This document shows positions 44,171-52,858 of a stretch of DNA of 64,000 nucleotides, piece by piece (the stretch's first letter is position 1; every line of letters starts with the position of its first letter). The position numbers and the translations under genes were made by a program. Source of the DNA: a virus; the IMG/VR virus record IMGVR_UViG_3300021135_000003. The stretch is one strand, 5' to 3'. The notes under the pieces are model-generated. The model did no database searches and had not been told where the DNA came from. It worked only from the letters and a program-made list of their open reading frames with translations.

Positions 44171-45810
44171 TATGCGTATTTTGTAGCGATATACCTACTT
44201 TGAGATGACTCTTGGTTCCTAATTGGAGATTTAATAACCTGATTAGTAGTATTGTTCGTAGTTTGCGGAGCATTGACTACATTAGTCTTGTTACTTGCAA
44301 CTGGAGCACCAGATAATGCCGCATTATCAGCAGATTTTTGTTCAACTGTAGTAGCACTTGTTGGCGTAGCTGCTTCTGGTGTACTACCTTTTGCTTTAGC
44401 AGGTTCAGCATCTTTAAATGGATAGAACGGACCAACGCTAACTTTACCTGTTAATTTTGTATCTAATAAAGTAATTTCTGGAATACCTATCTTAGATAAC
44501 ATACCCATGAAAGCATCCTTCATTGATGTGAAGAATTCTGTTACTGGCTTAATGATATGGTCTTCAGTCCATGCTGCCATATCGCCAATAACTTCTTTGA
44601 TTTTATCTTTATCAAATAATCCAAAAGTTAAGAAATCAATTATACCAGCAAGACCAGCGATAAGTGCTTTACCGATATCGCCTGTCTTTTGGAACTCCTC
44701 AAACCCATCCATAATACCTTCAAATAACGCACCAACAATCATACCAATTGCAAATACTTTACCTAGTGCTTTAAGGATTGCTCCTGGATTTAATAATGCT
44801 TTAAATGCTTGCATTAAACCACCAGAGAGCATACTGAATAACGAATCTAATAAACCACCACCTTCTGGTTTCTTTTCATCTGGTTTAGCACCTTTAGATT
44901 TATCTGCGCCTCCAGTATTCTCAGCAATAATTTTTAAATAATGGAGTTCGTCATCCTCCATTTTTTTACTTTCTTCAACTGCTTCTGCGTTTTGAGTAGC
45001 TTCAGCAGCAGTTGCTGTTGGAGTTTTTTGAGGAGCACTAACCTTATCAAAATTAATATTTCTTTCAGTTGGATCTGGAGTTACTGCTTTTGCACTTTTA
45101 TCATAAGAACGGTATTGGTTAGTTAGCTGTTCTTTTTTATTAAGCATCTCTTTACCAGTTTTAGATGCTCCAAATTCTTCGTCGCTAATACCATGTTTAG
45201 CTTTAAGAGCAGAAATTTTCTGATCATGAGCTTTTATTTGTTTAGAAGTATTATATGCACCTTCAGCATCTTCATCAGTAACATCATTACCAAGTGCTTT
45301 TTGTTTCTGTTTAAACGCATCTTTGGCCAGAGTTTTATTAAAAACACCACCAACATTTAATGCCCCAAGAACTGTTTTCTTTAAACCACCATTAGCAATA
45401 CCAAACTTTTCTTTAACCCCCTCTTTCTTTTGAGTTAAAGAGTCACCAAGTTTTTGTAGAAAATTACCACTAGTATTCATCGCCTTTGCTAACTCAGCAA
45501 TCTTATCAGATTCTTGATAAGCAATCCTGTCCATTTCTTCTCTAGTTTTCCAAAATGTTTTGCTACCTTTTAACTGTTGTTTTGCGGTATCTAGAATTTG
45601 TTCTTGGATTTTGGAAACATCAATACCACCATTAGCATTTTTCTGAATTTTCTCACGGTCTTTAGATAGTTCCATCAGCTTTCTAATTGAAGATAGTTCA
45701 CCAAGAGAAGCCTGTTGTGCTGCCAGTAGATTATCTAATCCCTCAGCATTAGACTGTGTCTGTTGTCTGATACTAGAATTTACTGAACTGTTACCTGTGC
45801 GTTTTGCCAT
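44170..45810 (-). CDS. Probable tape-measure / baseplate hub protein
   Basis: Helical Ala/Gly/Lys-rich protein with a hydrophobic middle; follows gp26 and gp51. Confidence 0.55.
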   Translation of the reverse strand: MAKRTGNSSVNSSIRQQTQSNAEGLDNLLAAQQASLGELSSIRKLMELSKDREKIQKNANGGIDVSKIQEQILDTAKQQLKGSKTFWKTREEMDRIAYQESDKIAELAKAMNTSGNFLQKLGDSLTQKKEGVKEKFGIANGGLKKTVLGALNVGGVFNKTLAKDAFKQKQKALGNDVTDEDAEGAYNTSKQIKAHDQKISALKAKHGISDEEFGASKTGKEMLNKKEQLTNQYRSYDKSAKAVTPDPTERNINFDKVSAPQKTPTATAAEATQNAEAVEESKKMEDDELHYLKIIAENTGGADKSKGAKPDEKKPEGGGLLDSLFSMLSGGLMQAFKALLNPGAILKALGKVFAIGMIVGALFEGIMDGFEEFQKTGDIGKALIAGLAGIIDFLTFGLFDKDKIKEVIGDMAAWTEDHIIKPVTEFFTSMKDAFMGMLSKIGIPEITLLDTKLTGKVSVGPFYPFKDAEPAKAKGSTPEAATPTSATTVEQKSADNAALSGAPVASNKTNVVNAPQTTNNTTNQVIKSPIRNQESSQSRYIATKYA

Positions 45811-45816
45811 TTTAGT

Positions 45817-45960
45817 TTATCTCTTGTTTGTTTCTATTCTTTGTTTTTCTTCTTCTAAATACTGTATTAACATAGCAACGTAAACTTCTCTTTCAAAAGG
45901 AATCATATTTTCAATCTCTGCTAGAGAGTATTTGTGGTACTGCATCAAAGCGAAATTCAT
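45817..45960 (-). CDS. 51: Baseplate hub assembly protein gp51 (not in ORF track; frame open to 46002)
   Basis: (HESLANYYK)MNFALMQYHKYSLAEIENMIPFEREVYV motif. Confidence 0.8.
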   Translation of the reverse strand: MNFALMQYHKYSLAEIENMIPFEREVYVAMLIQYLEEEKQRIETNKR

Positions 45961-45998
45961 TTTATAATAATTCGCTAGACTTTCATGGCAGAGATTAA

Positions 45999-46721
45999 TT
46001 AAAAAAAACTTTGCATTCCCTCCAAGGTTTTAATATGATGTTTGCCACATATTGGACAGTCGTATTCAACATCTTTTTTAATCCTTGGTATAGTTGAAAA
46101 GAATTCTTGGACTTTTATAAATTGCTCAGAATTTAGATTACCCAAGAATTCAATTAGATCTTCTTTCTTTTGTTCTTTAGCGTAGTGTAGTTTATCGCCT
46201 TCGTAAATATAATTTACACACTCAGCTATAATATTAAAAATATTATCTAGATCATCAGTATCAGTTTTTTCTAACTTACTCATAATTTCAATTGTTGGAT
46301 ATTTCATTACAATACCAACATCACCAAATAAATCTATTTTTGCATTATGATTTTCTGGAGTTTCAACAGAAATTTTAGTTAAATCAATTGAGATCTTTAC
46401 CTTGGCTTTATCGTTTTGATCCCCATGGTCATTATCACACGGAAATAATAGTTCAACAGTTTCACCAACAGATTTTGCTCGAATTTGAGTAAAGATATAC
46501 TCAAGATCAAATGTAGCTAAATCATTTGGATCAATTTTATCTAAAATACAAGATCTGATTACACTCTTAAGCGTATCTACCATAATAACAGTATCTTCAC
46601 TTTGTTGCGCAATTAAAATTGCCTTTTCTTCTTTTACTAAAAACGGACGATACTTAACACTTTTTTTAGTAGAAGGTATCACCAAATTATAAATTGGTGT
46701 ACTCATTACTGGCAATGCCAT
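45999..46721 (-). CDS. 26: Baseplate hub subunit gp26
   Basis: YRPFLVKEEK, FDLEYIF..IRAKSVGE, MKYP, CPICG..LEGMQSFF. Confidence 0.88.
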   Translation of the reverse strand: MALPVMSTPIYNLVIPSTKKSVKYRPFLVKEEKAILIAQQSEDTVIMVDTLKSVIRSCILDKIDPNDLATFDLEYIFTQIRAKSVGETVELLFPCDNDHGDQNDKAKVKISIDLTKISVETPENHNAKIDLFGDVGIVMKYPTIEIMSKLEKTDTDDLDNIFNIIAECVNYIYEGDKLHYAKEQKKEDLIEFLGNLNSEQFIKVQEFFSTIPRIKKDVEYDCPICGKHHIKTLEGMQSFF

Positions 46722-46723
46722 AA

Positions 46724-47146
46724 TTATTCTCCTTTAGACATATTCTTAATTAACTTATTCAACTCAGCAGTGCTACCAACAAAGATAGCATTATTCGTTA
46801 CTTTATCAGCACCTTTCTTTGGTGCATCTAATTTTTGTTTTTGCTGATGTATATCTAATAGTTGTTGGTTTACATCAGCCAATTGTTTCATAAGATTACC
46901 CACAACCTCAAAAGCACGTGGATGTTCAGATTGTTTAGCTACTTCAAGAGCAGAATATAAAGCATTCTGTCCAGTAATAAGAAGCTCGCGCAGATTTGCT
47001 CTAGTAGTTTCGTAGTCGGTTTCAATTTTACTTTCTGGTGTTTGTAGAATTTCACCAGTAGTATTATCAATCACTTCGCTTACCTCACATTTAGATTTTG
47101 GAGGTGTCATATTAAACACCTCTGATAATGTATCATCAATTTTCAT
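46724..47146 (-). CDS. 16: Terminase small subunit gp16
   Basis: DYETTRANL, SEHPRAFEV, VTNNAIFVGSTAEL. Confidence 0.8.
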   Translation of the reverse strand: MKIDDTLSEVFNMTPPKSKCEVSEVIDNTTGEILQTPESKIETDYETTRANLRELLITGQNALYSALEVAKQSEHPRAFEVVGNLMKQLADVNQQLLDIHQQKQKLDAPKKGADKVTNNAIFVGSTAELNKLIKNMSKGE

Positions 47147-47148
47147 AT

Positions 47149-47838
47149 TTATAGATCGTTTCTAGTATTTCTTGTTTGTGGGTCACTGGGGTGTAAAACA
47201 GGGGTTACTGCTGCTGGCGCTGGAGTTGTTGTAGGTGCGCTTCCAAAACTACCTGCGCCTGTTGCTGCTGGACTACCAAACCCACCTGCGCCTGCTGCTG
47301 GCGCTGGACTTGGTGAACTACCGAAACCACCCCCACCGAATCCTCCTGGCGTAGATGCGCCAAATGCTGGAGTGCTGCCCATTGATGAACCACCGAATCC
47401 GCCATTTCCTGCTCCTCCGAAACCACCTGTTGATCCACCAAATCCTCCAGCACCACCCATTCCTGTATTTCCACCAAATCCTCCAGCACCACCCATACCA
47501 CCTTGCATCCCGCTAGGAACACCTGACATATTTGTATTGTTTGTCATAGTTTGTGAAGTAGCTGTTGGATTTGCCGCAGTACCTGCTAATTTTTCTTGTG
47601 TGCGACCAAACGCACTAATACCTAAAACTGCTCCCATTGCTATATGAAATAAACCAGCACCCTGGAGAGTTAATGGATTCCATTGAATTAATGGTTGGTG
47701 ATTTAATGTTTGAACAACTGCCCAAAGAATTGGAAATATGCCCATGTCTAATAGACATATCAACATATACATCCAGCCCATAGCTGGACGCCATTTCTTT
47801 TGCATCCAATCTTCGTCTTTTTCCTTTTTCTCTGCCAT
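47149..47838 (-). CDS. 3TM holin-like protein with Gly-rich tail
   Basis: WRPAMGW.Y, W.PLTLQGAGLFH.AMGAVLG..AFGRTQEK; GGAGGF repeats. Confidence 0.7.
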   Translation of the reverse strand: MAEKKEKDEDWMQKKWRPAMGWMYMLICLLDMGIFPILWAVVQTLNHQPLIQWNPLTLQGAGLFHIAMGAVLGISAFGRTQEKLAGTAANPTATSQTMTNNTNMSGVPSGMQGGMGGAGGFGGNTGMGGAGGFGGSTGGFGGAGNGGFGGSSMGSTPAFGASTPGGFGGGGFGSSPSPAPAAGAGGFGSPAATGAGSFGSAPTTTPAPAAVTPVLHPSDPQTRNTRNDL

Positions 47839-47847
47839 TTTAATTCC

Positions 47848-48543
47848 TTAAAACTTTATTGATGGTAAATTTTTAGTTAATGACGGTATTTTAGAAACAC
47901 CATATGCACCGATAGAACCGATAGCAAAATTTTGTAATCTATTTGTTAGAACATTTAATGGGTCATGACTGAGATCATTTACTCCTGGATATCCAATAAC
48001 ATCTTGTTGTTGAAGACCTTCTAATGCTCCGACGTGATAATATTTGTAGGCAAAATTAACAGATAACTTCATAACATCTTTGGCATTATAATCCATCTGA
48101 ACTGCACCAATACTTTTTGGAAATGCTTCAAACATTTTCATATTATATCTTGTTTGATTTTGTAAATCCTGAACTTCAATAACAATATCTGAAGTATAAT
48201 TCTCATAATAATTAAAATTACGAGAAACTGGATTTTGAATATGTTCCATCCAAAAATCAAAAAATAATTTTACAGACATATCAGTATCAACATAAAACGA
48301 CATATTAATGTCTTCATATAATCTTTCATATGGTGCTTTTCTAATTTCGCCATATGTTCTCATATCAGTTGTATTAAAATTTGTTCCAGGCAACTGGATT
48401 TGGTCACAAAATAATACTGTATTCTTTGTTAATGCTGATTCTGCCCATGGTGTATTTCCAAACATTACCGCATATCGGTTTGTTCTAGAAAGACCATTAG
48501 CTTTAATTGAAGAAATAAAATCGTTTATTGGAGAGTTTGCCAT
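47848..48543 (-). CDS. 54: Baseplate tail-tube initiator gp54-like
   Basis: GLSRTNRY.V, LPG, FYVD, EAFPKSIG...V.FAY. Confidence 0.75.
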   Translation of the reverse strand: MANSPINDFISSIKANGLSRTNRYAVMFGNTPWAESALTKNTVLFCDQIQLPGTNFNTTDMRTYGEIRKAPYERLYEDINMSFYVDTDMSVKLFFDFWMEHIQNPVSRNFNYYENYTSDIVIEVQDLQNQTRYNMKMFEAFPKSIGAVQMDYNAKDVMKLSVNFAYKYYHVGALEGLQQQDVIGYPGVNDLSHDPLNVLTNRLQNFAIGSIGAYGVSKIPSLTKNLPSIKF

Positions 48544-49145
48544 TATGCTCTTCTTGTAATTTTTCTGGATTCTGACCAGACTTGTTGTTTAGATGCACCA
48601 ACAAATCTTTCAACTGGTAATAACATAGCAGTTGCCCAATCCTCTGAATAGATTTGTCTAAATTGACTTCTTACATGACCATTTAAATACTGCTTCACGC
48701 AAGGTTTCGCTGGAGCAAAACGGGAAACGCCATCTATTAATGCCCAGCTATATTTAATCTTTGTTGTTTCATCCCAACGACTATTGCTTTTAAAAACTAG
48801 AAGTTGATCAAGCAATTTAATACGTAAATCGTATGGTAAATAATGCATATTTAATCCATAGAAACCATCTTGGGTTTTTCTAAAAGGAAATACCAAAGGG
48901 AATCTATCATAATATGGCAAATCTTCTTTGGTTTTTGGGTCATAAATATACATATACAAAGACCCTGGAACAATTGAAGTTCGCATATCTGATGGCTCAC
49001 CCTTCAACACTTTATTGGGAGTGATGTTTTGCTGAGCCATTGCGGCAACTTGTTTTTCAAACCAACCTCTAGATCTCTTTACCGCAGTTAAGAGATCGTA
49101 TTTATTTTGGTCAAAAACGTCTTGAATTGGTTTCTTAATAGCCAT
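48543..49145 (-). CDS. 2: DNA end protector gp2
   Basis: YDPKTK..LPYYDRFPL, GLNMHYLP, K.YL..HVRS. Confidence 0.88.
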   Translation of the reverse strand: MAIKKPIQDVFDQNKYDLLTAVKRSRGWFEKQVAAMAQQNITPNKVLKGEPSDMRTSIVPGSLYMYIYDPKTKEDLPYYDRFPLVFPFRKTQDGFYGLNMHYLPYDLRIKLLDQLLVFKSNSRWDETTKIKYSWALIDGVSRFAPAKPCVKQYLNGHVRSQFRQIYSEDWATAMLLPVERFVGASKQQVWSESRKITRRA

Positions 49146-49159
49146 ATTCTTTATTTAGG

Positions 49160-49597
49160 TTAAGTAAGCCCAAGTTCTTTTTCTGTTATAATTTTAAATT
49201 CCCATCCACGATCTTTAGCATATTCGGTTGCTGCTTTCCATTTTGCTTGATTTTTAATATATGTAACAGATTCAGCTAGATAACGCTTAGTTTGTTTTCC
49301 AGGATACACAGGTGGAGAACATTGTTTAGCTGGTTTTACTTCAACCAAATATCGCTTTAATTTACCATTTGTTTGTAATACTTGAATTTGAAAATCAACA
49401 AAATACCGATGTATTCTGTTATCAGTTGGGCAGCGATATGGAACGACAGTTTCTTCTGACTGCCATTTTACTATACTTGGGTTTTTATCACACCAAGAAG
49501 CGAATCGGGTCTCCCAACTAGATCGCATTATGATATTAGTCGGATCTCCAGAGTATTTTTCTGGATGCAAAGGTTTAAAGAATCTTTTATGGAACAT
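49160..49597 (-). CDS. 4: Head completion protein gp4
   Basis: P.KY.GDP.NII.RSSWE, W.SEE, HRYFVDF, EVKP, NQAKW.AA. Confidence 0.9.
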   Translation of the reverse strand: MFHKRFFKPLHPEKYSGDPTNIIMRSSWETRFASWCDKNPSIVKWQSEETVVPYRCPTDNRIHRYFVDFQIQVLQTNGKLKRYLVEVKPAKQCSPPVYPGKQTKRYLAESVTYIKNQAKWKAATEYAKDRGWEFKIITEKELGLT

Positions 49598-49635
49598 AAA
49601 TAAGAAATAGAATAGGTAATAATACTATTATTTAG
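49596..49635. promoter_or_regulatory. Pair of opposed late promoters between gp4 and gp48
   Basis: ATAAATA (+, 49596-602) and CTAAATA (-, 49629-35). Confidence 0.55.
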
Positions 49636-49644
49636 AGAAAATAA

Positions 49645-50811
49645 ATGCCAACTACATACGACGAATTAGGTAATGTTATATCTAGCACACCAGATAGTGT
49701 TGAAAATGCTACATCAGGTGGACTATTAACTAACGCACCACCAGCTTCTACCAAAACAAACCTGTATACTGCAAGAGGTGGACCATCCGAATTCAATGCT
49801 GGTATGTATGATATTCAAAATTATTCATATCCAAGCGACCTTATGTCACCAGAGGGGATTTACGGTGGAAACTACGCTATTTTCTATATTAATGTATCAA
49901 TCGATTCAAAGTTGATTACCAGAGATGCTACGCCAACAGTTGAAGACAATACACCTAGAGATCGTGGTGATTTGGTTGGTATGGGGTTATCTAGCAAACA
50001 ATTAGTTGGAGCAAACGTAGGTGCTACTGCGGTTGAGGGTGCTATTGCTGGTGGATTAATGACTGGCGATCTTAAAGGTGCTGGTGTTGGTGCTGTTAAA
50101 GGTGGCGTAGTTGGTGGCGTAGTTGGTGGCGTAGTTGCATTAAATGCACCAGATGCTAAACGAAGTCAGAAACGATTAAAGACTGCTATTGCTTTACATA
50201 TACCAAATAACCTAGCAATTAATTATGGTGTTGAGTGGAGTGACGAAGATACTTCAGCATTAGCGATGGCTGGTGCAGTTGGTGGTGAAATAATGAAAGC
50301 ACTTCAAAGTAAAGGTAAAGATAGTGATGTTACTGGAGTTGGTGCAGATATTTTAACCAACCTCGCATTATCCAAAGGACCACAGGGTGCTGGCAATTCA
50401 GTCGCTACTGGTCTTGCAGCAAATCCTAAAAAGGAACAAGTATTTAAAGGTGTTCATTTTAGAACATTTAGTTTTGACTATAAGTTTTTTCCAAGAAATT
50501 CAACAGAAGCGCAAAATGTAATGAACATTATTAAACAGTTCAAATTACATATGCATCCAGAATTTAAAGATTCTAATAATTTCGTTTATATTTATCCATC
50601 TGAGTTTGATATTTTTTATTATACTGGTGGTAAACAAAATGATAAGATTCATCGTCACACTTCTTGTGTATTAACTGATCTTGCAATTAACTACGCCCCA
50701 AATGGCATGTTCAATACATTTGATGATGGTATGCCAACTCAAATTGATATTACACTTTCATTCCGCGAACTTGCCCTTCTTACCAAAGATAAAGTTAAGG
50801 ATGGTCTATAA
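49645..50811 (+). CDS. 48: Baseplate tail-tube cap gp48
   Basis: NPKKEQVFKG..FRTFSF.YKFFPRN..EA, YPSEF, SCVLT, L.FREL. Confidence 0.85.
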   Translation: MPTTYDELGNVISSTPDSVENATSGGLLTNAPPASTKTNLYTARGGPSEFNAGMYDIQNYSYPSDLMSPEGIYGGNYAIFYINVSIDSKLITRDATPTVEDNTPRDRGDLVGMGLSSKQLVGANVGATAVEGAIAGGLMTGDLKGAGVGAVKGGVVGGVVGGVVALNAPDAKRSQKRLKTAIALHIPNNLAINYGVEWSDEDTSALAMAGAVGGEIMKALQSKGKDSDVTGVGADILTNLALSKGPQGAGNSVATGLAANPKKEQVFKGVHFRTFSFDYKFFPRNSTEAQNVMNIIKQFKLHMHPEFKDSNNFVYIYPSEFDIFYYTGGKQNDKIHRHTSCVLTDLAINYAPNGMFNTFDDGMPTQIDITLSFRELALLTKDKVKDGL

Positions 50812-51566
50812 TGTATTTTAAAAATTTCCCGCAGTTCCTTTATGATTTTGATATTACAACAACAGTCGGTTCTGGAACGCAAGCAGTATTAACTGCAGAT
50901 TTAGCTGGCCAAACAGTTGGTGCTGTAAATATTGTTAATGGTGGTTCAGGATATGTTAATGCAACAATTACATTTTCTGCTCCAGAAACTGGAGATTTGG
51001 CAGCAACTGCTTTTGCTGTCATTAATTCAGGTGTTATTACTGACGTTGTTATAACAGAACCTGGAACTGGATATGCGTCACCACCATTCGTTACAGTTTC
51101 TGCTCCATTTACTCACCAACAAACTCAGACTAAAGCATTAGCATTAACTGATATTACTAGAAATATTCGTTTCCGTAGAGATGTATTAGCAAATGTTACT
51201 GTATATGATTACTATGATATTGTTGATGGTGAAACTCCAGAAATTGTTGCTGAAAAAGTTTATGGCAATGCACAATATCATTGGATTGTAATGTTAGCAA
51301 ATGAAAGATATGATTATCTTGCAGATTGGCCACTTACTCAAGTTGCGCTTGATCAATTTGTAAGCGACAAATATGGTGATGCTTCTGATGATGTTCACCA
51401 CTATGTTGACTATAATGGATTTATTGTAAGTAGTGATGTTCCTGGAGCTACTTCAATTTCAAATAGACAATATGAAGATACTGTAAACGAATCAAAACGA
51501 TCTATTAAAATTATTTCAAGAGAATTAGTTTCTACGATTATACAGAACTTTAAAGATGAGTTATAA
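50811..51566 (+). CDS. 53: Baseplate wedge gp53
   Basis: MYFKNFP, DGETPEIVA...YG...HWIVM.AN, DWPL; extra NGGSGY beta-repeat insert. Confidence 0.85.
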   Translation: MYFKNFPQFLYDFDITTTVGSGTQAVLTADLAGQTVGAVNIVNGGSGYVNATITFSAPETGDLAATAFAVINSGVITDVVITEPGTGYASPPFVTVSAPFTHQQTQTKALALTDITRNIRFRRDVLANVTVYDYYDIVDGETPEIVAEKVYGNAQYHWIVMLANERYDYLADWPLTQVALDQFVSDKYGDASDDVHHYVDYNGFIVSSDVPGATSISNRQYEDTVNESKRSIKIISRELVSTIIQNFKDEL

Positions 51567-52858
51567 TGCAACCAGCGGATAAAGTTTTAAATTTTGCTGG
51601 TGAAGTCAGCATTGACAAATGTGATATTACTACCAGTGGTGGGGTGAAGCAAGATGTTGCTGCACAGGTTATTGCCATTTCAATTTATGAAGACTTATTC
51701 TCTCCATTTATGAGTGGTTCTTTAATTCTTAAAGAATCATTTGACTTAGTGAATCTCTTTCCTTTTGTTGGTGAAGAAATGATTGAGATTGAAATTAGTA
51801 CACCAACTTTAGACGAAAAGAAAAATATTAAAGGTAAATTTTATATTTACAAATTAAGCGATAGAGAATTAATTGGTGATAAGAACATTGTATATCAATT
51901 ACACTTTATTTCTATTGAAGCTGTTATTGATTTAAACAAAAAAATTAGTAAAGTATATACTGGAAGTCCAGTTGATATTGTTACTTCTTTAGTAAAAGAT
52001 TCATTTAATGGTTTACAGAGTCAAAAGGAAATCTTTACTGAACCTACGACAAAAGACATAAAGTTTATTTCTAATTTCTGGTCTCCAGTAAAAGCAATTA
52101 ATTTTGCTACTAGTTATGCTATTAATAAGAACCAATCTCCAAGTTATGTTTTCTTTGAGAATCGTTTTGGTTTTTATTTTATATCATTAGATAGTCTTTA
52201 TGCAAATGGTGTATATCAACAATTTACATATGACAAATATACCAGAGATAAAACTGGAAGTGGCGGTGATTCTAAAAATGTGCAGGAAGATTATAGACGC
52301 ATAGACAATATTACAATTCCAACTGGTTTTGATTATATGGATAGATTGCGTAGTGGTATGTTCTCGTCAAAGGTTACTACTTTTGATATTAATAAGAAAC
52401 AATATAATGTTAAGAATTATGATGCTAAAGCAGACTTCGATAGTTTAAATCATCTTAATAAAAATCCTCTTATTGGTGATAACGCAATTTTTAGATCTAA
52501 TGCATTACTAATAAATTATCCAAGAGATAATGCTAACTTTAGTGGATTTGGTGATGCTACTAATTTTAAAAATCTTCAGAAACGTATTTCATTAATGAAA
52601 ATGGCTGAAGCCAATAAAATTGAAATTGTAGTTCCAGGAAGAGCAGATTATACAGTTGGGCAAAAGGTTTCAGTTACATTAAATAAAATTGAACCAGCAA
52701 GTAATCAAGATAATGACAAAGATTTAATTGACCAAATGTTTTCTGGTTTTTATTTAATTTCAGCAATTAACCATTATATTACTCGTGAGCGTCATGAGTG
52801 TAATATGGAATTAATTAAAGATTCTTTACAATTGAGTATTGATAGGAAAAAATCATAA
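51566..52858 (+). CDS. Baseplate hub / tail protein (gp27-like)
   Basis: IYEDLFSPFMSG, GEE, FFENR.GF.F.SLDSL, SG.YLISAI.H; lies between 53 and 5. Confidence 0.65.
   Translation: MQPADKVLNFAGEVSIDKCDITTSGGVKQDVAAQVIAISIYEDLFSPFMSGSLILKESFDLVNLFPFVGEEMIEIEISTPTLDEKKNIKGKFYIYKLSDRELIGDKNIVYQLHFISIEAVIDLNKKISKVYTGSPVDIVTSLVKDSFNGLQSQKEIFTEPTTKDIKFISNFWSPVKAINFATSYAINKNQSPSYVFFENRFGFYFISLDSLYANGVYQQFTYDKYTRDKTGSGGDSKNVQEDYRRIDNITIPTGFDYMDRLRSGMFSSKVTTFDINKKQYNVKNYDAKADFDSLNHLNKNPLIGDNAIFRSNALLINYPRDNANFSGFGDATNFKNLQKRISLMKMAEANKIEIVVPGRADYTVGQKVSVTLNKIEPASNQDNDKDLIDQMFSGFYLISAINHYITRERHECNMELIKDSLQLSIDRKKS

Noticed and set aside
50101-50136. GGTGGCGTAGTT x3 tandem repeat in gp48
   Set aside because: In-frame GGVV low-complexity coding repeat; no sign of phase variation or a diversity-generating system (no reverse transcriptase in the window).
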